Positions 9,407 through 18,605 of a stretch of 64,000 nucleotides of DNA are shown here, in pieces. The position numbers and the translations under genes are program-made. Under the pieces are notes generated by a model, which did not search any database, had not been told where the DNA came from, and saw only the letters and a program-made list of their open reading frames with translations. Position 1 is the first letter of the stretch, and every line of letters begins with the position of its first letter. This DNA comes from Rubripirellula sp. (GTDB taxonomy: Bacteria > Planctomycetota > Planctomycetia > Pirellulales > Pirellulaceae). Location: contig OZ244207.1 in assembly GCA_965216875.1 (NCBI GenBank), forward strand, positions 2,976,001 to 3,040,000, read 5' to 3'.

Positions 9407-10633
9407 CTATTCCTTGTCAGCGGCTGGTAACTCAACGCATACCAATTTCCCCCGCGCGCTGCGCGCATACACCCGGCCTCGCAACAAGACTGGCACGGTC
9501 CAACAACGGCCTTCCAGAATCTGCGCCTCACCGAGTGGCTCGAACCCCTCAGGGGTTGCTTCCGCGACCACCAGTCGACCGTCATCACTGAGTGCCACAA
9601 TTTTTCCATCAGCGATCATCAAGCTGCCGCAACCGAGTCCGCGGTGCGACCACACGACGTTGCCGCTGTCGACATCCATGCATTTCAGATGCACGACGCG
9701 TCCGAGATTGGAATTACCATCGAAGCCATAGAGATGCCCGTCAAAAAAGATGCTGTTATTGAAATGGTTGCGCATTTTTCGGTGGTCGTACAGCAACACC
9801 AGCTCTTCGTCTCGAAGTTGAAACAACCCACAACCGACTTGGTAGCCCGTCGAAATGAAGATCGTGTCGTCCATGATGATCGGCGTCGTTGAGTTGGTTT
9901 CAAAGGGCGACTGCCAAGGGTAGCTATCCACCTCTTCACCATTGGCCTCGCGCAGGACACGAACGCTGTCACAGTCGAGGACGACCAAATAGTTTTTGCC
10001 CTCGGCGACAAGCGACCGCACACAACCATACCCCGCCACGTGCTTTTCAGATTGCCAGCGTTTTTTGCCTGAAGCTTTGTCGTAGGAAACGACGCGTCCC
10101 GCCTCGACGATCACTGCCCCCGCATGAATCAGCGGCGAACTATTGAATCCCCATTCAGGCAACGGAACGCCGAGGTCTTCTTGCAGGTCTTTACGCCACA
10201 CAACTTCACCGTCATCCAGTTCCAAACAACACAACTGGCCCTCTTTGCCGAGCGTGTAGACCTTGTCACCATCGATGGTTGGTGTTGCCCCTGGGCCACC
10301 TTCGTAGAGGTTGTCGATCAGTTCGCACGGGTACTCATGAGTCCACAAAACTTCTCCGCTATCGCAGTCGAGGCAGTAAACGATCTCATCACCATCAACG
10401 TGCCCCATCGTCAAGAGCCGCTTCCCTGCGATCGCTACGCTGCTGAAACCGATTCCAATTTCTCGTGACCAGCGTTCGACCAACCCCTCTTCGGGCCACT
10501 GAGCCGACCAGCCTGATTCGGTCGAGACACCGTCAAGTTTTTTGCCCATCCAGCAAGGCCAATCGCGTTGCGTTTGCGCCGTCCCAAGCGACGCAACGAG
10601 AAAGATGCATAACAACGGCGAAGCGAATCGCAT
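9407..10633 (-). CDS. PQQ-like beta-propeller repeat protein (BamB-like, planctomycete type)
   Basis: Start reassigned to MRFASPLL; signal peptide, DWPCWMG, repeated GEVLW/GEVVW blades, CWTVPV. Confidence 0.88.
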   Translation of the reverse strand: MRFASPLLCIFLVASLGTAQTQRDWPCWMGKKLDGVSTESGWSAQWPEEGLVERWSREIGIGFSSVAIAGKRLLTMGHVDGDEIVYCLDCDSGEVLWTHEYPCELIDNLYEGGPGATPTIDGDKVYTLGKEGQLCCLELDDGEVVWRKDLQEDLGVPLPEWGFNSSPLIHAGAVIVEAGRVVSYDKASGKKRWQSEKHVAGYGCVRSLVAEGKNYLVVLDCDSVRVLREANGEEVDSYPWQSPFETNSTTPIIMDDTIFISTGYQVGCGLFQLRDEELVLLYDHRKMRNHFNNSIFFDGHLYGFDGNSNLGRVVHLKCMDVDSGNVVWSHRGLGCGSLMIADGKIVALSDDGRLVVAEATPEGFEPLGEAQILEGRCWTVPVLLRGRVYARSARGKLVCVELPAADKE

Positions 10634-10720
10634 AAGATGGTGCCACTTTGATGAAAATGAACAATCGATTTTCACGCTCAACTTTTTCATGATTCTCTTT
10701 CGTCTCTCAGGCGTGCAAGC

Positions 10721-11908
10721 ATGAACCGATATCGTATGCGATTCGCTCCGCAGGTTTGGACGCCAAAGCTGAACCCGCAAATCGTGCGGTTTTTGCGTCC
10801 GATGCGCCGGCGCAGCCAGATCCGCGATGTTCGCATTGCCGATGTTACCGTGCGAGGCGACTCCTTTGTCCGCGATCAACTTGACGAGGGCAATGGCGTG
10901 TTGATCATGCCCAATCACTCCAGTCACGCTGATCCCTACGTGATCTACTCAGCCGCTGATGTGATTGGAACCCCACTGCACATCATGGCGACCTGGCACG
11001 TTTTCTATGACAAGCCATGGCTGATCCGCCACGCGCTGCGATGGCACGGTTGCTTCAGTGTCGACCGCGAGGCGAACGACATTGGCGCGTTTCGGCTTGC
11101 CACGGGGCTCGTCAAGGAAAAGAAAGAGCCACTTGTGATCTTTCCCGAAGGTGAGATTTACCACTGCAACGACCGCGTCACCCCCTTCCGTGATGGTGCA
11201 GCCGCAATCGCTGTCGCGGCCGCACGCAAAGCGGACCGCAAGATCGTCTGCATCCCCTGCGCAATGAAGTACCACTACGAGGAGGATCCGACACCCGCGT
11301 TGATCGAAACGATGGGACGCCTTGAAGAGGCGATCTTCTGGCGGCGCAAGGTCGACCAACCCCTTGAAGAACGCATCTACCACTTTGCCGAGGCATTGTT
11401 GGCAGTCAAAGAGATCGAGTATTTCCAGGAGACGCGCACGGGTCGACTTCCCGATCGCATCCGAGCCTTCGGCACGGATGTCCTGGCTCGCGTCGAGTCA
11501 AAACACGAGCTCGATAACGCCTCACAATCCACACCCGAACGGGTCAAAGCGGCCCGGCGCACGATCATTGAAAAACGCGGCATCGAAGGCATCGAAGCGG
11601 AAACCAAAAAAGAACTCGACCACGACCTGGAAGACCTTTTCTTGGTCGTGCAATCGTTCAGCTATCCCGGCGACTACGTCGTTGGCAAACCGAGCGTCGA
11701 ACGGATGGCCGAAACAATCGACAAGTTTGAAGAGGACGTGTTGCAGCATCCCACCGCAAGCATCCGTGCCAAACGAAGTGCGATTGTCGAATTTGGAGCT
11801 CCCATCGAAGTCAGTAGTGACCGCAAGGCAAGAGGGCAAACAGCCAAACTGACACAAGCCATCGAAGAAAGCGTCCAATCGATGCTCGACCAGCATTCGG
11901 GTCACTAA
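10721..11908 (+). CDS. Lysophospholipid/glycerol-3-phosphate acyltransferase (PlsC superfamily)
   Basis: NHSSHAD (HX4D) and IFPEG motifs. Confidence 0.88.
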   Translation: MNRYRMRFAPQVWTPKLNPQIVRFLRPMRRRSQIRDVRIADVTVRGDSFVRDQLDEGNGVLIMPNHSSHADPYVIYSAADVIGTPLHIMATWHVFYDKPWLIRHALRWHGCFSVDREANDIGAFRLATGLVKEKKEPLVIFPEGEIYHCNDRVTPFRDGAAAIAVAAARKADRKIVCIPCAMKYHYEEDPTPALIETMGRLEEAIFWRRKVDQPLEERIYHFAEALLAVKEIEYFQETRTGRLPDRIRAFGTDVLARVESKHELDNASQSTPERVKAARRTIIEKRGIEGIEAETKKELDHDLEDLFLVVQSFSYPGDYVVGKPSVERMAETIDKFEEDVLQHPTASIRAKRSAIVEFGAPIEVSSDRKARGQTAKLTQAIEESVQSMLDQHSGH

Positions 11909-12055
11909 AAAGATCCCGCTCACCAAGAATTGCCAGTACGAGACGTGGCACTCCGATCGCAACGTGGTCCTCCTTGTGCCGAATTCCCCAATGGCGGCTC
12001 GGCTGGTGTAGAATCGATTCCCCCGCCACCTATCCCACCTTCAAAGGATCTAGCC

Positions 12056-13519
12056 ATGCCGCGACCAAATCGCCGTTCGTTTCTCAAGACCACGTCCCTG
12101 ACCGGTGGATCGCTCATTTTGATGGGGACGCGTACGACGAGCGGAATCCAAGGCGCAAACGACCGCGTACGAATTGGCGTCGCGGGGCTCAACGGACGCG
12201 GCCAAAGTCACCTCGAAGGTTGGCGCAAACAGAGCAACGTCGAAATCGCGTACGCGATTGACCCCGACGAAAAGGTGCGTGCGAGGACAATGAACACGCT
12301 CGCAAAACGCGTCGATGGTGCCTTTGCAACTAAAGGGATTCGTGACGTTCGCGAAGCACTTGACGATCAATCACTCGACGCGATTTCGATTGCGACTCCG
12401 AACCATTGGCATTCGCTGATGACGATCTGGGCCGCTCAAGCAGGCAAGCATGTCTATGTCGAAAAGCCAATGAGCCACGATGTGCGCGAAGGCCGCATCT
12501 GTGTCGAAGCACAAAAGAAGTATGGCGTCGTGATTCAACACGGCACCCAACGACGCAGCAACGCTGGCATCGCAGGTCTTCACGAGGCATTGCAGGACGG
12601 GCGGCTACCCCGATTGAAAATCGCCTACGGCTATTGCTGCAAGCCCCGCAACGGAATTGGAATCAAACCAGCAGGTCCGCCACCAGAGAATCTCGATTGG
12701 GAACTGTGGAAAGGCCCAGCCGTGATCGACCAATTCCACGGAAACTACCATCCCTACAATTGGCATTGGTTCTGGAAAACGGGTAACGGCGACCTGAATA
12801 ACCAAGGCACTCACCAGCTCGATGTCGCTCGCTGGGCACTCGACACCGACCAAACACACCCTGTTCGCGTGATGGCCATCGGCGGACGCTTCAAGTACAA
12901 CGATCAAGGAGAGACCCCGAACACGATGTTTGGCTTGGCCGAATACCCTAACGGCCAACAAGTGATGTTCAACGTCCGCAACGTCAATTACAAAGGCTAC
13001 GAGCGGCAAGTCTTCAACGAGTACTACCTCGAGGATGGCTCGAAGATCACCGGCGAAGGCAATTACAAAATCACGCCCAAGGGAAGTGACAAAGCGGAAC
13101 CGCTTCCGCTCCCTGATGGCAACGTCACGCCAGGCGGTAATTGGGCAGCCTTCATTTCGGCGATTCGTGCTAACGACCCAAGCATGGCCAACGGTAACGT
13201 CGAAGACGCTCACTATGGCTGCGTCATGGGACATCTCATGAACAATTCGTATCGCCTCGGTAAGAAAGTGCCGTTCAATGCCAAGGCAGCTAAGTTTGGC
13301 GATAACGAAGACGCGGCAACGCATTTCTTGAAGCTGCATGAGATCATGCGTGACGGTGTCGGCATTCCGGAAGACGGTGCCGAATACACTGTCGGCCCCT
13401 GGTTATCGTTTGACCTCAAGACCGAACAACACGTTGGTGATCACGCCGAGGAAGCCAACGCGCTTTTGAAGGATCCCAACAACCCCGGCTACGAGATCCC
13501 AACGATCGACAAGGTCTAG
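12056..13519 (+). CDS. Tat-exported Gfo/Idh/MocA oxidoreductase
   Basis: NRRSFLK Tat motif, GLNGRG, ATPNHWH, HVYVEKP; AAAGGA RBS before ATG 12056. Confidence 0.92.
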   Translation: MPRPNRRSFLKTTSLTGGSLILMGTRTTSGIQGANDRVRIGVAGLNGRGQSHLEGWRKQSNVEIAYAIDPDEKVRARTMNTLAKRVDGAFATKGIRDVREALDDQSLDAISIATPNHWHSLMTIWAAQAGKHVYVEKPMSHDVREGRICVEAQKKYGVVIQHGTQRRSNAGIAGLHEALQDGRLPRLKIAYGYCCKPRNGIGIKPAGPPPENLDWELWKGPAVIDQFHGNYHPYNWHWFWKTGNGDLNNQGTHQLDVARWALDTDQTHPVRVMAIGGRFKYNDQGETPNTMFGLAEYPNGQQVMFNVRNVNYKGYERQVFNEYYLEDGSKITGEGNYKITPKGSDKAEPLPLPDGNVTPGGNWAAFISAIRANDPSMANGNVEDAHYGCVMGHLMNNSYRLGKKVPFNAKAAKFGDNEDAATHFLKLHEIMRDGVGIPEDGAEYTVGPWLSFDLKTEQHVGDHAEEANALLKDPNNPGYEIPTIDKV

Positions 13520-13540
13520 GGCCTCATTCCTCGTTACCGT

Positions 13541-13769
13541 CCTCGCTACCACGCTCTGCGTGGTAACGCACTCACGGACGCTCCGCGTCCCCAAGAGAAA
13601 CAGGGCCTTTGCAACGTACGTGAATGGGCGAAGGACCCGACGCTAGCGAGTTTGGCTCACAAGCACACAACAGGCCGCAGAGCGACAATGATTGTGTTCC
13701 CACGGGGACCGTGGGAACAAGGAAGTCGCCCGCTCACCACTGCACCACGCTCTGGCGAGCGTAGCTACG
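13541..13769. repeat. REP-like mosaic (family B pair enclosing family C, followed by family E)
   Basis: B 13541-13589 and about 13677-13722; C about 13636-13660; E 13731-13769 is the reverse complement of about 29999-30037 with 2 mismatches. Confidence 0.85.
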
Positions 13770-13792
13770 AAAAGGTCCAGCCGCTTTCGCGA

Positions 13793-15298
13793 TCAGGCCA
13801 CGATGTCGTGAATCACGTGGCCGTGGACATCGGTCAGCCGGAAATCGCGACCTTGGTAGCGATAGGTCAACTTGGTGTGATCGATGCCGAGCAGGTGCAA
13901 GATCGTCGCATTCAAATCGTGAATGTGCATCGTGCCTGGCGTCCAGGTCGCCTTGTCCGGTTGCGGCTTGAGCGGGTTGCCGTCCGCATCGGCGATGTTG
14001 TATCCAAAATCGTCCGTGTGTCCGTAGGTGATGCCCGCCTTGATCCCACCGCCAGCCATCCATGTGGTGAAACAACGCGGGTGATGATCGCGACCGTAGT
14101 CTTCCTTGGTCAGCTTACCTTGGCAATAAGCAGTTCGACCAAACTCGCCTCCCCAAATCACCAGCGTCTCATCAAGCATTCCGCGTCGTTTCAGATCTTT
14201 GATCAGTGCCGCGCAAGCTTGATCGATGTCCTTGCACTGTGACTCGTGCTCTTTGGGAAGTCGCCCATGAGCGTCCCAACCACGATGAAAGATTTGGATA
14301 TTTCGCACACCACGTTCAGCAAGCCGTCGCGCGTTGAGACAGCATGCGGCAAACGTTCCCGGAGTCTTCACGTCGTCGCCATAGAGTTCGAGCGTCTCTT
14401 TCGACTCGTCCGACAGATCCATGAGCTCGGGGACGGACGCTTGCATCCGGTATGCCATCTCGTGCTGTTTGATGCGCGACAGGATCTCGGGATCTCCGAA
14501 CCGATCGTATTGATCTTGGTTGAGTGCCGCGAGCGCATCGAGTTGTGCGCGACGATCCCCTCGCTCAACTCCTGGCGGGTTACTCAAGTACAGGACGGGG
14601 TCGCCTTGGCTGCGCAGCAAGATCCCTTGATGATCAGATGACAGAAAGCCGGGGCCCCAAAGTCGATTGAACAAACTTTGCTCAGCAAAACTTGTCTTCG
14701 CGTGCATCACGACGTAATGCGGCAAGCTTTCGTTCATCGTCCCAAGCCCGTAACTCAGCCATGCTCCCAAGCTCGGGCGTCCAGGAATCTGACTGCCGGT
14801 TTGGATGTAGGTGATTGCGGGGTCGTGATTGATCGCTTCCGTAAACGTACTGCGAACGACGCAGAGCTCTTTGACAACCGATGAGGTGTGAGGCAGCAAC
14901 TCGCTCACCCATACACCATCCTGGTTGTTTTCATGTTTGGTGAACTTGTATTTGCTGGGACAGACGGGCAATCCGTTCGCTTGGTTGGACGTCATCCCCG
15001 TCACGCGTTGTCCGTCGCGCACGTAGTCGGGCAATTGCTCATTGAACATCTCCATCATCTTGGGTTTGTAGTCCCAAAGATCGAGATGACTGGGGCCACC
15101 GCTCATGAACAAGTAGATCACGCGTTTTGCGGTCGCGGGGTGATGCAAACCACCGTCGAGATCGCCCGAGGCACCAATCGCCTGGTCGCTCATCAATCCA
15201 GCGAGCGCTGCCGTACCGACGCCCAACGACGCTCGTCCGAAGAGATGACGGCGCGTCATCATGAGTTCGCGTTCGATCAGCGGATCCGGATTTCGCAT
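13793..15298 (-). CDS. DUF1501 family protein (Tat signal)
   Basis: TRRHLF, KRVIYLFMSGGPSHLDLWD, WDAH, WGGEFGRT, GRDHHP. Confidence 0.92.
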   Translation of the reverse strand: MRNPDPLIERELMMTRRHLFGRASLGVGTAALAGLMSDQAIGASGDLDGGLHHPATAKRVIYLFMSGGPSHLDLWDYKPKMMEMFNEQLPDYVRDGQRVTGMTSNQANGLPVCPSKYKFTKHENNQDGVWVSELLPHTSSVVKELCVVRSTFTEAINHDPAITYIQTGSQIPGRPSLGAWLSYGLGTMNESLPHYVVMHAKTSFAEQSLFNRLWGPGFLSSDHQGILLRSQGDPVLYLSNPPGVERGDRRAQLDALAALNQDQYDRFGDPEILSRIKQHEMAYRMQASVPELMDLSDESKETLELYGDDVKTPGTFAACCLNARRLAERGVRNIQIFHRGWDAHGRLPKEHESQCKDIDQACAALIKDLKRRGMLDETLVIWGGEFGRTAYCQGKLTKEDYGRDHHPRCFTTWMAGGGIKAGITYGHTDDFGYNIADADGNPLKPQPDKATWTPGTMHIHDLNATILHLLGIDHTKLTYRYQGRDFRLTDVHGHVIHDIVA

Positions 15299-15328
15299 GG
15301 TCCGTCCTACTTTGTTGTCAGGCGTCGC

Positions 15329-15706
15329 TTAGCCAACCGCAATGCCGATGATGATCAACAGGATACAACCACCCCAAAGCAACGTGCAAAGGCCGCCCAT
15401 CACGATGCCAATCCAAGCGTGGACGCTCCCTTTGATGACCGGATTCTTATTGCGTGCCTTCAATCCCAGGATACCAAGCACAAAGGCGGGCACTGCAAGA
15501 AAGAGCCCGAAGATTGGAAACAGCGAAAAGAGCCCCAAGTAGTACGCGATAAGAGCTTGCGGGTTCTTGTAGGGAATCACGCCGCCAGTTTCGTCGCCCG
15601 TTACACCGCCTGGTCCAACCGGAGCGTTGCTGGCTGTCTGACTCGGAGTCGCAAAAGGATTGGGCTCGCCGCCGCCGGGCGCGTTGCCTGATAAATCGTG
15701 GGACAT
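15329..15706 (-). CDS. DUF4190-like small membrane protein
   Basis: NPFATP, GGVIPYKNPQALIAYY, HAWIGIVMG; hydrophobic helices. Confidence 0.75.
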   Translation of the reverse strand: MSHDLSGNAPGGGEPNPFATPSQTASNAPVGPGGVTGDETGGVIPYKNPQALIAYYLGLFSLFPIFGLFLAVPAFVLGILGLKARNKNPVIKGSVHAWIGIVMGGLCTLLWGGCILLIIIGIAVG

Positions 15707-15837
15707 CAGAAAAGTCACGTTCTAGACAATGAAAGAAAAAGGGAAGGCATCAATATAGATGATTCGTCTGCACGTTGGGGGACAAACGCTTGCGACGATT
15801 CCCATGACACGACGGACGCGGACTACGCCAACGACTG

Positions 15838-17193
15838 CTAAGGCGAAACGGCACGCATCATCAATGCACAGATGTACGCTCCATAAGTTCCAAGAGCGTA
15901 TCCAACAACCGCCAACAGGACGCCCACGGGGGCGAGCGAAGGATGAAAAGCACCAGCAACCACTGGCGCACTCGCGGCGCCACCAATATTCGCTTTGCTT
16001 CCGACAGCCAAGAAAAAGTAGGGGGCCCGAATCAACTTGCCCACAACGAGCATCAGACCAACATGAAACAGCATCCAAACGCCGCCGACGAGAAACAGAC
16101 CTGGATGATCCGCGAGCGCGCGTACGTCCATCTGCAAACCAATCGTCGCCACAAGGAAAAAGATACAGACCGTTCCCAACTTTGATGCGCCAACGCCTTC
16201 GAGCCGGCGAGCCTTGGTAAACGAAAGCACGATGCCGCCGGTGGTTGCCAACACAACCAACCAGAAAAACTCCTTATGCAAACTGAATTGACGCAGATAC
16301 GGATAATGCTCGTCGATCCAAGGCGCAAGGAAATTGGCAGCCGCGTGACTGAGTCCGGTTACTCCGAAACCGACAGCAAGGAGGACGAACAAATCGGCCG
16401 GCGAAGGAATCCGTGCCAAGCTCGCGGAATAGCTTTCCATCTTTTCCTTCAGCGCTGTAACGGCCGAAGCATCCGCTTTGAATAAGCGGTCGATCGCATC
16501 GGCTTTGCCGACACCGAGCAACAAGAAGACCATCCAAACTTCGGCAACAATCACGTCCACTGCGACCATCACGCTGTAAAGATCGTCGCTTGGTTCCCAC
16601 AGTTCCTTCATCGCGACTTGGTTAGCTCCACCGCCGATCCAGCTGCCGGCAACGGTCGACAGGCCACGCCAAACTTCCTCGGCCCCTTCACCTCCGACCA
16701 GCTCAGGCTTGATCGTTCCGACCAACAAGACGGCAATCGGGCCGCCGATGATCACGCCCACCGTTCCGGTCAGGAACATGACGACCGCTTTCGGACCAAG
16801 CTTGAGCACCTCTCGAAGGTCAATGCTCAACGTCAAGAAAACCAAACTCGCAGGCAACATGTACTTCGTTGCCACGCCGCCCAAACTCGACTGCTTGGGG
16901 TCCACAACGTTGAACAACGTCAGAAGTGATGGCAGGAAGTAACACAGCAGCAACATTGGAACGAACGTATAGAACTTCTTCCAAAACGGACTCTCGAGGC
17001 TGTTGGTCCAAAAAACAAATCCCAATATCGCCAGCAACATGCCCAACAGAACGGCGTCGCTGGTGACCAACGGCTCAACCGCTGGCGTCCCAGCGTCGGA
17101 AGTTGACGGGCCAGCCCCCAACACAATGGAGGGGAAAGCACAAAAGAGCAGGGCAGTCGCGATGGCCGCAATTCGGCGGAGGGATGGGATCAT
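15838..17193 (-). CDS. DUF819 family multi-pass membrane protein
   Basis: GSWIGGGANQVAM, GSKANIGGAASAPVVA, GYALGTY. Confidence 0.88.
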   Translation of the reverse strand: MIPSLRRIAAIATALLFCAFPSIVLGAGPSTSDAGTPAVEPLVTSDAVLLGMLLAILGFVFWTNSLESPFWKKFYTFVPMLLLCYFLPSLLTLFNVVDPKQSSLGGVATKYMLPASLVFLTLSIDLREVLKLGPKAVVMFLTGTVGVIIGGPIAVLLVGTIKPELVGGEGAEEVWRGLSTVAGSWIGGGANQVAMKELWEPSDDLYSVMVAVDVIVAEVWMVFLLLGVGKADAIDRLFKADASAVTALKEKMESYSASLARIPSPADLFVLLAVGFGVTGLSHAAANFLAPWIDEHYPYLRQFSLHKEFFWLVVLATTGGIVLSFTKARRLEGVGASKLGTVCIFFLVATIGLQMDVRALADHPGLFLVGGVWMLFHVGLMLVVGKLIRAPYFFLAVGSKANIGGAASAPVVAGAFHPSLAPVGVLLAVVGYALGTYGAYICALMMRAVSP

Positions 17194-17325
17194 GATTGCA
17201 TCGTCGCGGGGGAAGGAAACGACGCAACTCTAACGGATTGGCCAGCCCAGGTCATGCTCAGCTGAGTGCGATGACGACAGCGCCGCTGCCGGGCAATCGA
17301 CATCGCCGCCGCCGGAAAAGCGCGC

Positions 17326-17366
17326 AAAAAAACACCCTCGCCAGCATAATCTGACGAGGGTGTTTT
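17326..17366 (-). terminator. Intrinsic terminator after tRNA-Ser
   Basis: aaaacaccctcg...cgagggtgtttt hairpin with a 7-T tail on the minus strand. Confidence 0.85.
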
Positions 17367-17374
17367 CAGTGGAG

Positions 17375-17457
17375 CGGAGGACACGGGACTCGAACCCGCA
17401 ACCGGTTGCCCGGCAATTGATTTCGAATCAACCTGCTCACCAATTCGCATATCCTCC
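17375..17457 (-). tRNA. tRNA-Ser (CGA), long variable arm, atypical D-arm
   Basis: GGAGGAT/GTCCTCC plus G discriminator; anticodon arm GTTGA-TTCGAAA-TCAAT; variable arm GCCGG-GCAA-CCGGT; T-loop TTCGAGT. Confidence 0.88.
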
Positions 17458-17925
17458 GGAGGTGCCTGATATCGTCTCTATCGATGGCGAGTTCGTCAAG
17501 TGTTGGTCTTTGGATCCGACGACAAGCTTCAATGGTTGGCCATGAGGGTGCCCGCTGGCCCCGTAAAACTGGCTCAACAGTTGCCTTAGCTCGCCATCGC
17601 CCGCCAGCGCCGCTTCAATCGCGGCCGCCTGATCATGTGGCTCGGATACTTGAGCCTTGCCACCAGGAAGGACATCGATCGCCAGTGGCGGGTTCGCTGA
17701 GATCCCGAATCCAGCGAGCCGGTCCTGAATCGCCTTCACGGCACGCTCGGCCAACTCGGTGACCGAAATCGATTCGCCTTTTTCGGCTGCAGACTCGGTC
17801 TCACCGCCACCCAATAGCGTGTCAAAGCCGGCGGGCGTGATTTGGTCAATCACTTTGCCTGCGACCTTGCCAGCCACCTTGGCGGCGCCAAAAAGCGTTG
17901 CAGCGTGCGAAATCGGGTTGGTCAA
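17437..17925 (-). CDS. Hypothetical protein whose 3' end overlaps tRNA-Ser
   Basis: 162 aa ORF with natural composition, TTG start after GAGGG; the stop TGA lies inside the tRNA. Confidence 0.65.
   Translation of the reverse strand: MTNPISHAATLFGAAKVAGKVAGKVIDQITPAGFDTLLGGGETESAAEKGESISVTELAERAVKAIQDRLAGFGISANPPLAIDVLPGGKAQVSEPHDQAAAIEAALAGDGELRQLLSQFYGASGHPHGQPLKLVVGSKDQHLTNSPSIETISGTSGGYANW
17471..17499 (-). promoter_or_regulatory. Putative tRNA-Ser promoter inside the upstream CDS
   Basis: TTGACG-N17-GACGAT ending 13 nt before the tRNA 5' end. Confidence 0.45.
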
Positions 17926-18034
17926 AACGGCTAGCCCTCGTTCCGGGCGACGTGAGTGCGTGGAATGCCTCGTTCGAGTCGAGGCTGTCTCTTTCGGCCA
18001 ATCGTCGGCACGAATGACTGGCGGGCGCAGAACT

Positions 18035-18346
18035 TCAGTGTTTGTGTTGGGTCTTGAAGTTGTACTCTTTCAGCCAAGCTTCCCACTTATGGGCTTCGTC
18101 GTGGGAGTTGAGTTTCAGCTCGTGCCATTTTGGACAACGGTATTTGACGTCGATGTGCCCGTTGTGCTGCTCTTTTTTCAGTTCACAACCGAGTTTCTTT
18201 AGCGTTTTCGCGATCGTGTCTGCTTTTTTGGTGTCGTGAATATGCTTGGCTTTCCAATCGGTCAGCTGGTAGCGGACGATTTCGTCACTGGCGGCGATCG
18301 AAGGAACGGCGGCCAGGGCGACCGCCAAAACGAGCATTCGAATCAT
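18035..18346 (-). CDS. Small secreted His/Lys-rich protein with an internal duplication
   Basis: Start reassigned to MIRMLVLAV; signal peptide; two similar halves. Confidence 0.75.
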   Translation of the reverse strand: MIRMLVLAVALAAVPSIAASDEIVRYQLTDWKAKHIHDTKKADTIAKTLKKLGCELKKEQHNGHIDVKYRCPKWHELKLNSHDEAHKWEAWLKEYNFKTQHKH

Positions 18347-18605
18347 CGAAGAGGCCTTTTGGGGAGGGACGTTTCTTTCAGAAGTCAAGTAACGGCAATC
18401 ACTACGGTATCGACGGGCCACCGGTCAAGAGAAGCCGCCATCACACCACCCAAACCTGACCAATACGGTGGTCCTTGCCAATTTCGAGTATCAAAACGAC
18501 AATCCCCCCAAAATTGCACTGACTCCTGGCGGCTCAACCTTCAGCCGCCCCTCCCCAGAACTTCCCCCCGACCGTGTGGGAAGAGCAGAAAAGGCTTGCA
18601 ACGTC

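Noticed and set aside
10634..10927. N-terminal extensions in the ORF track (PQQ protein; likewise ruvB, lysS, lolD, hydrogenase beta, wecB)
   Set aside because: Downstream starts fit the RBS, signal peptides or family N-termini better, and several extensions overlap neighbouring genes
17370..17400. tRNA-Ser or tRNA-Glu as an island integration site
   Set aside because: No duplicated tRNA 3' end or integrase was seen in the window
18347..18605. Lysine riboswitch or T-box upstream of lysS
   Set aside because: No recognisable conserved elements or terminator
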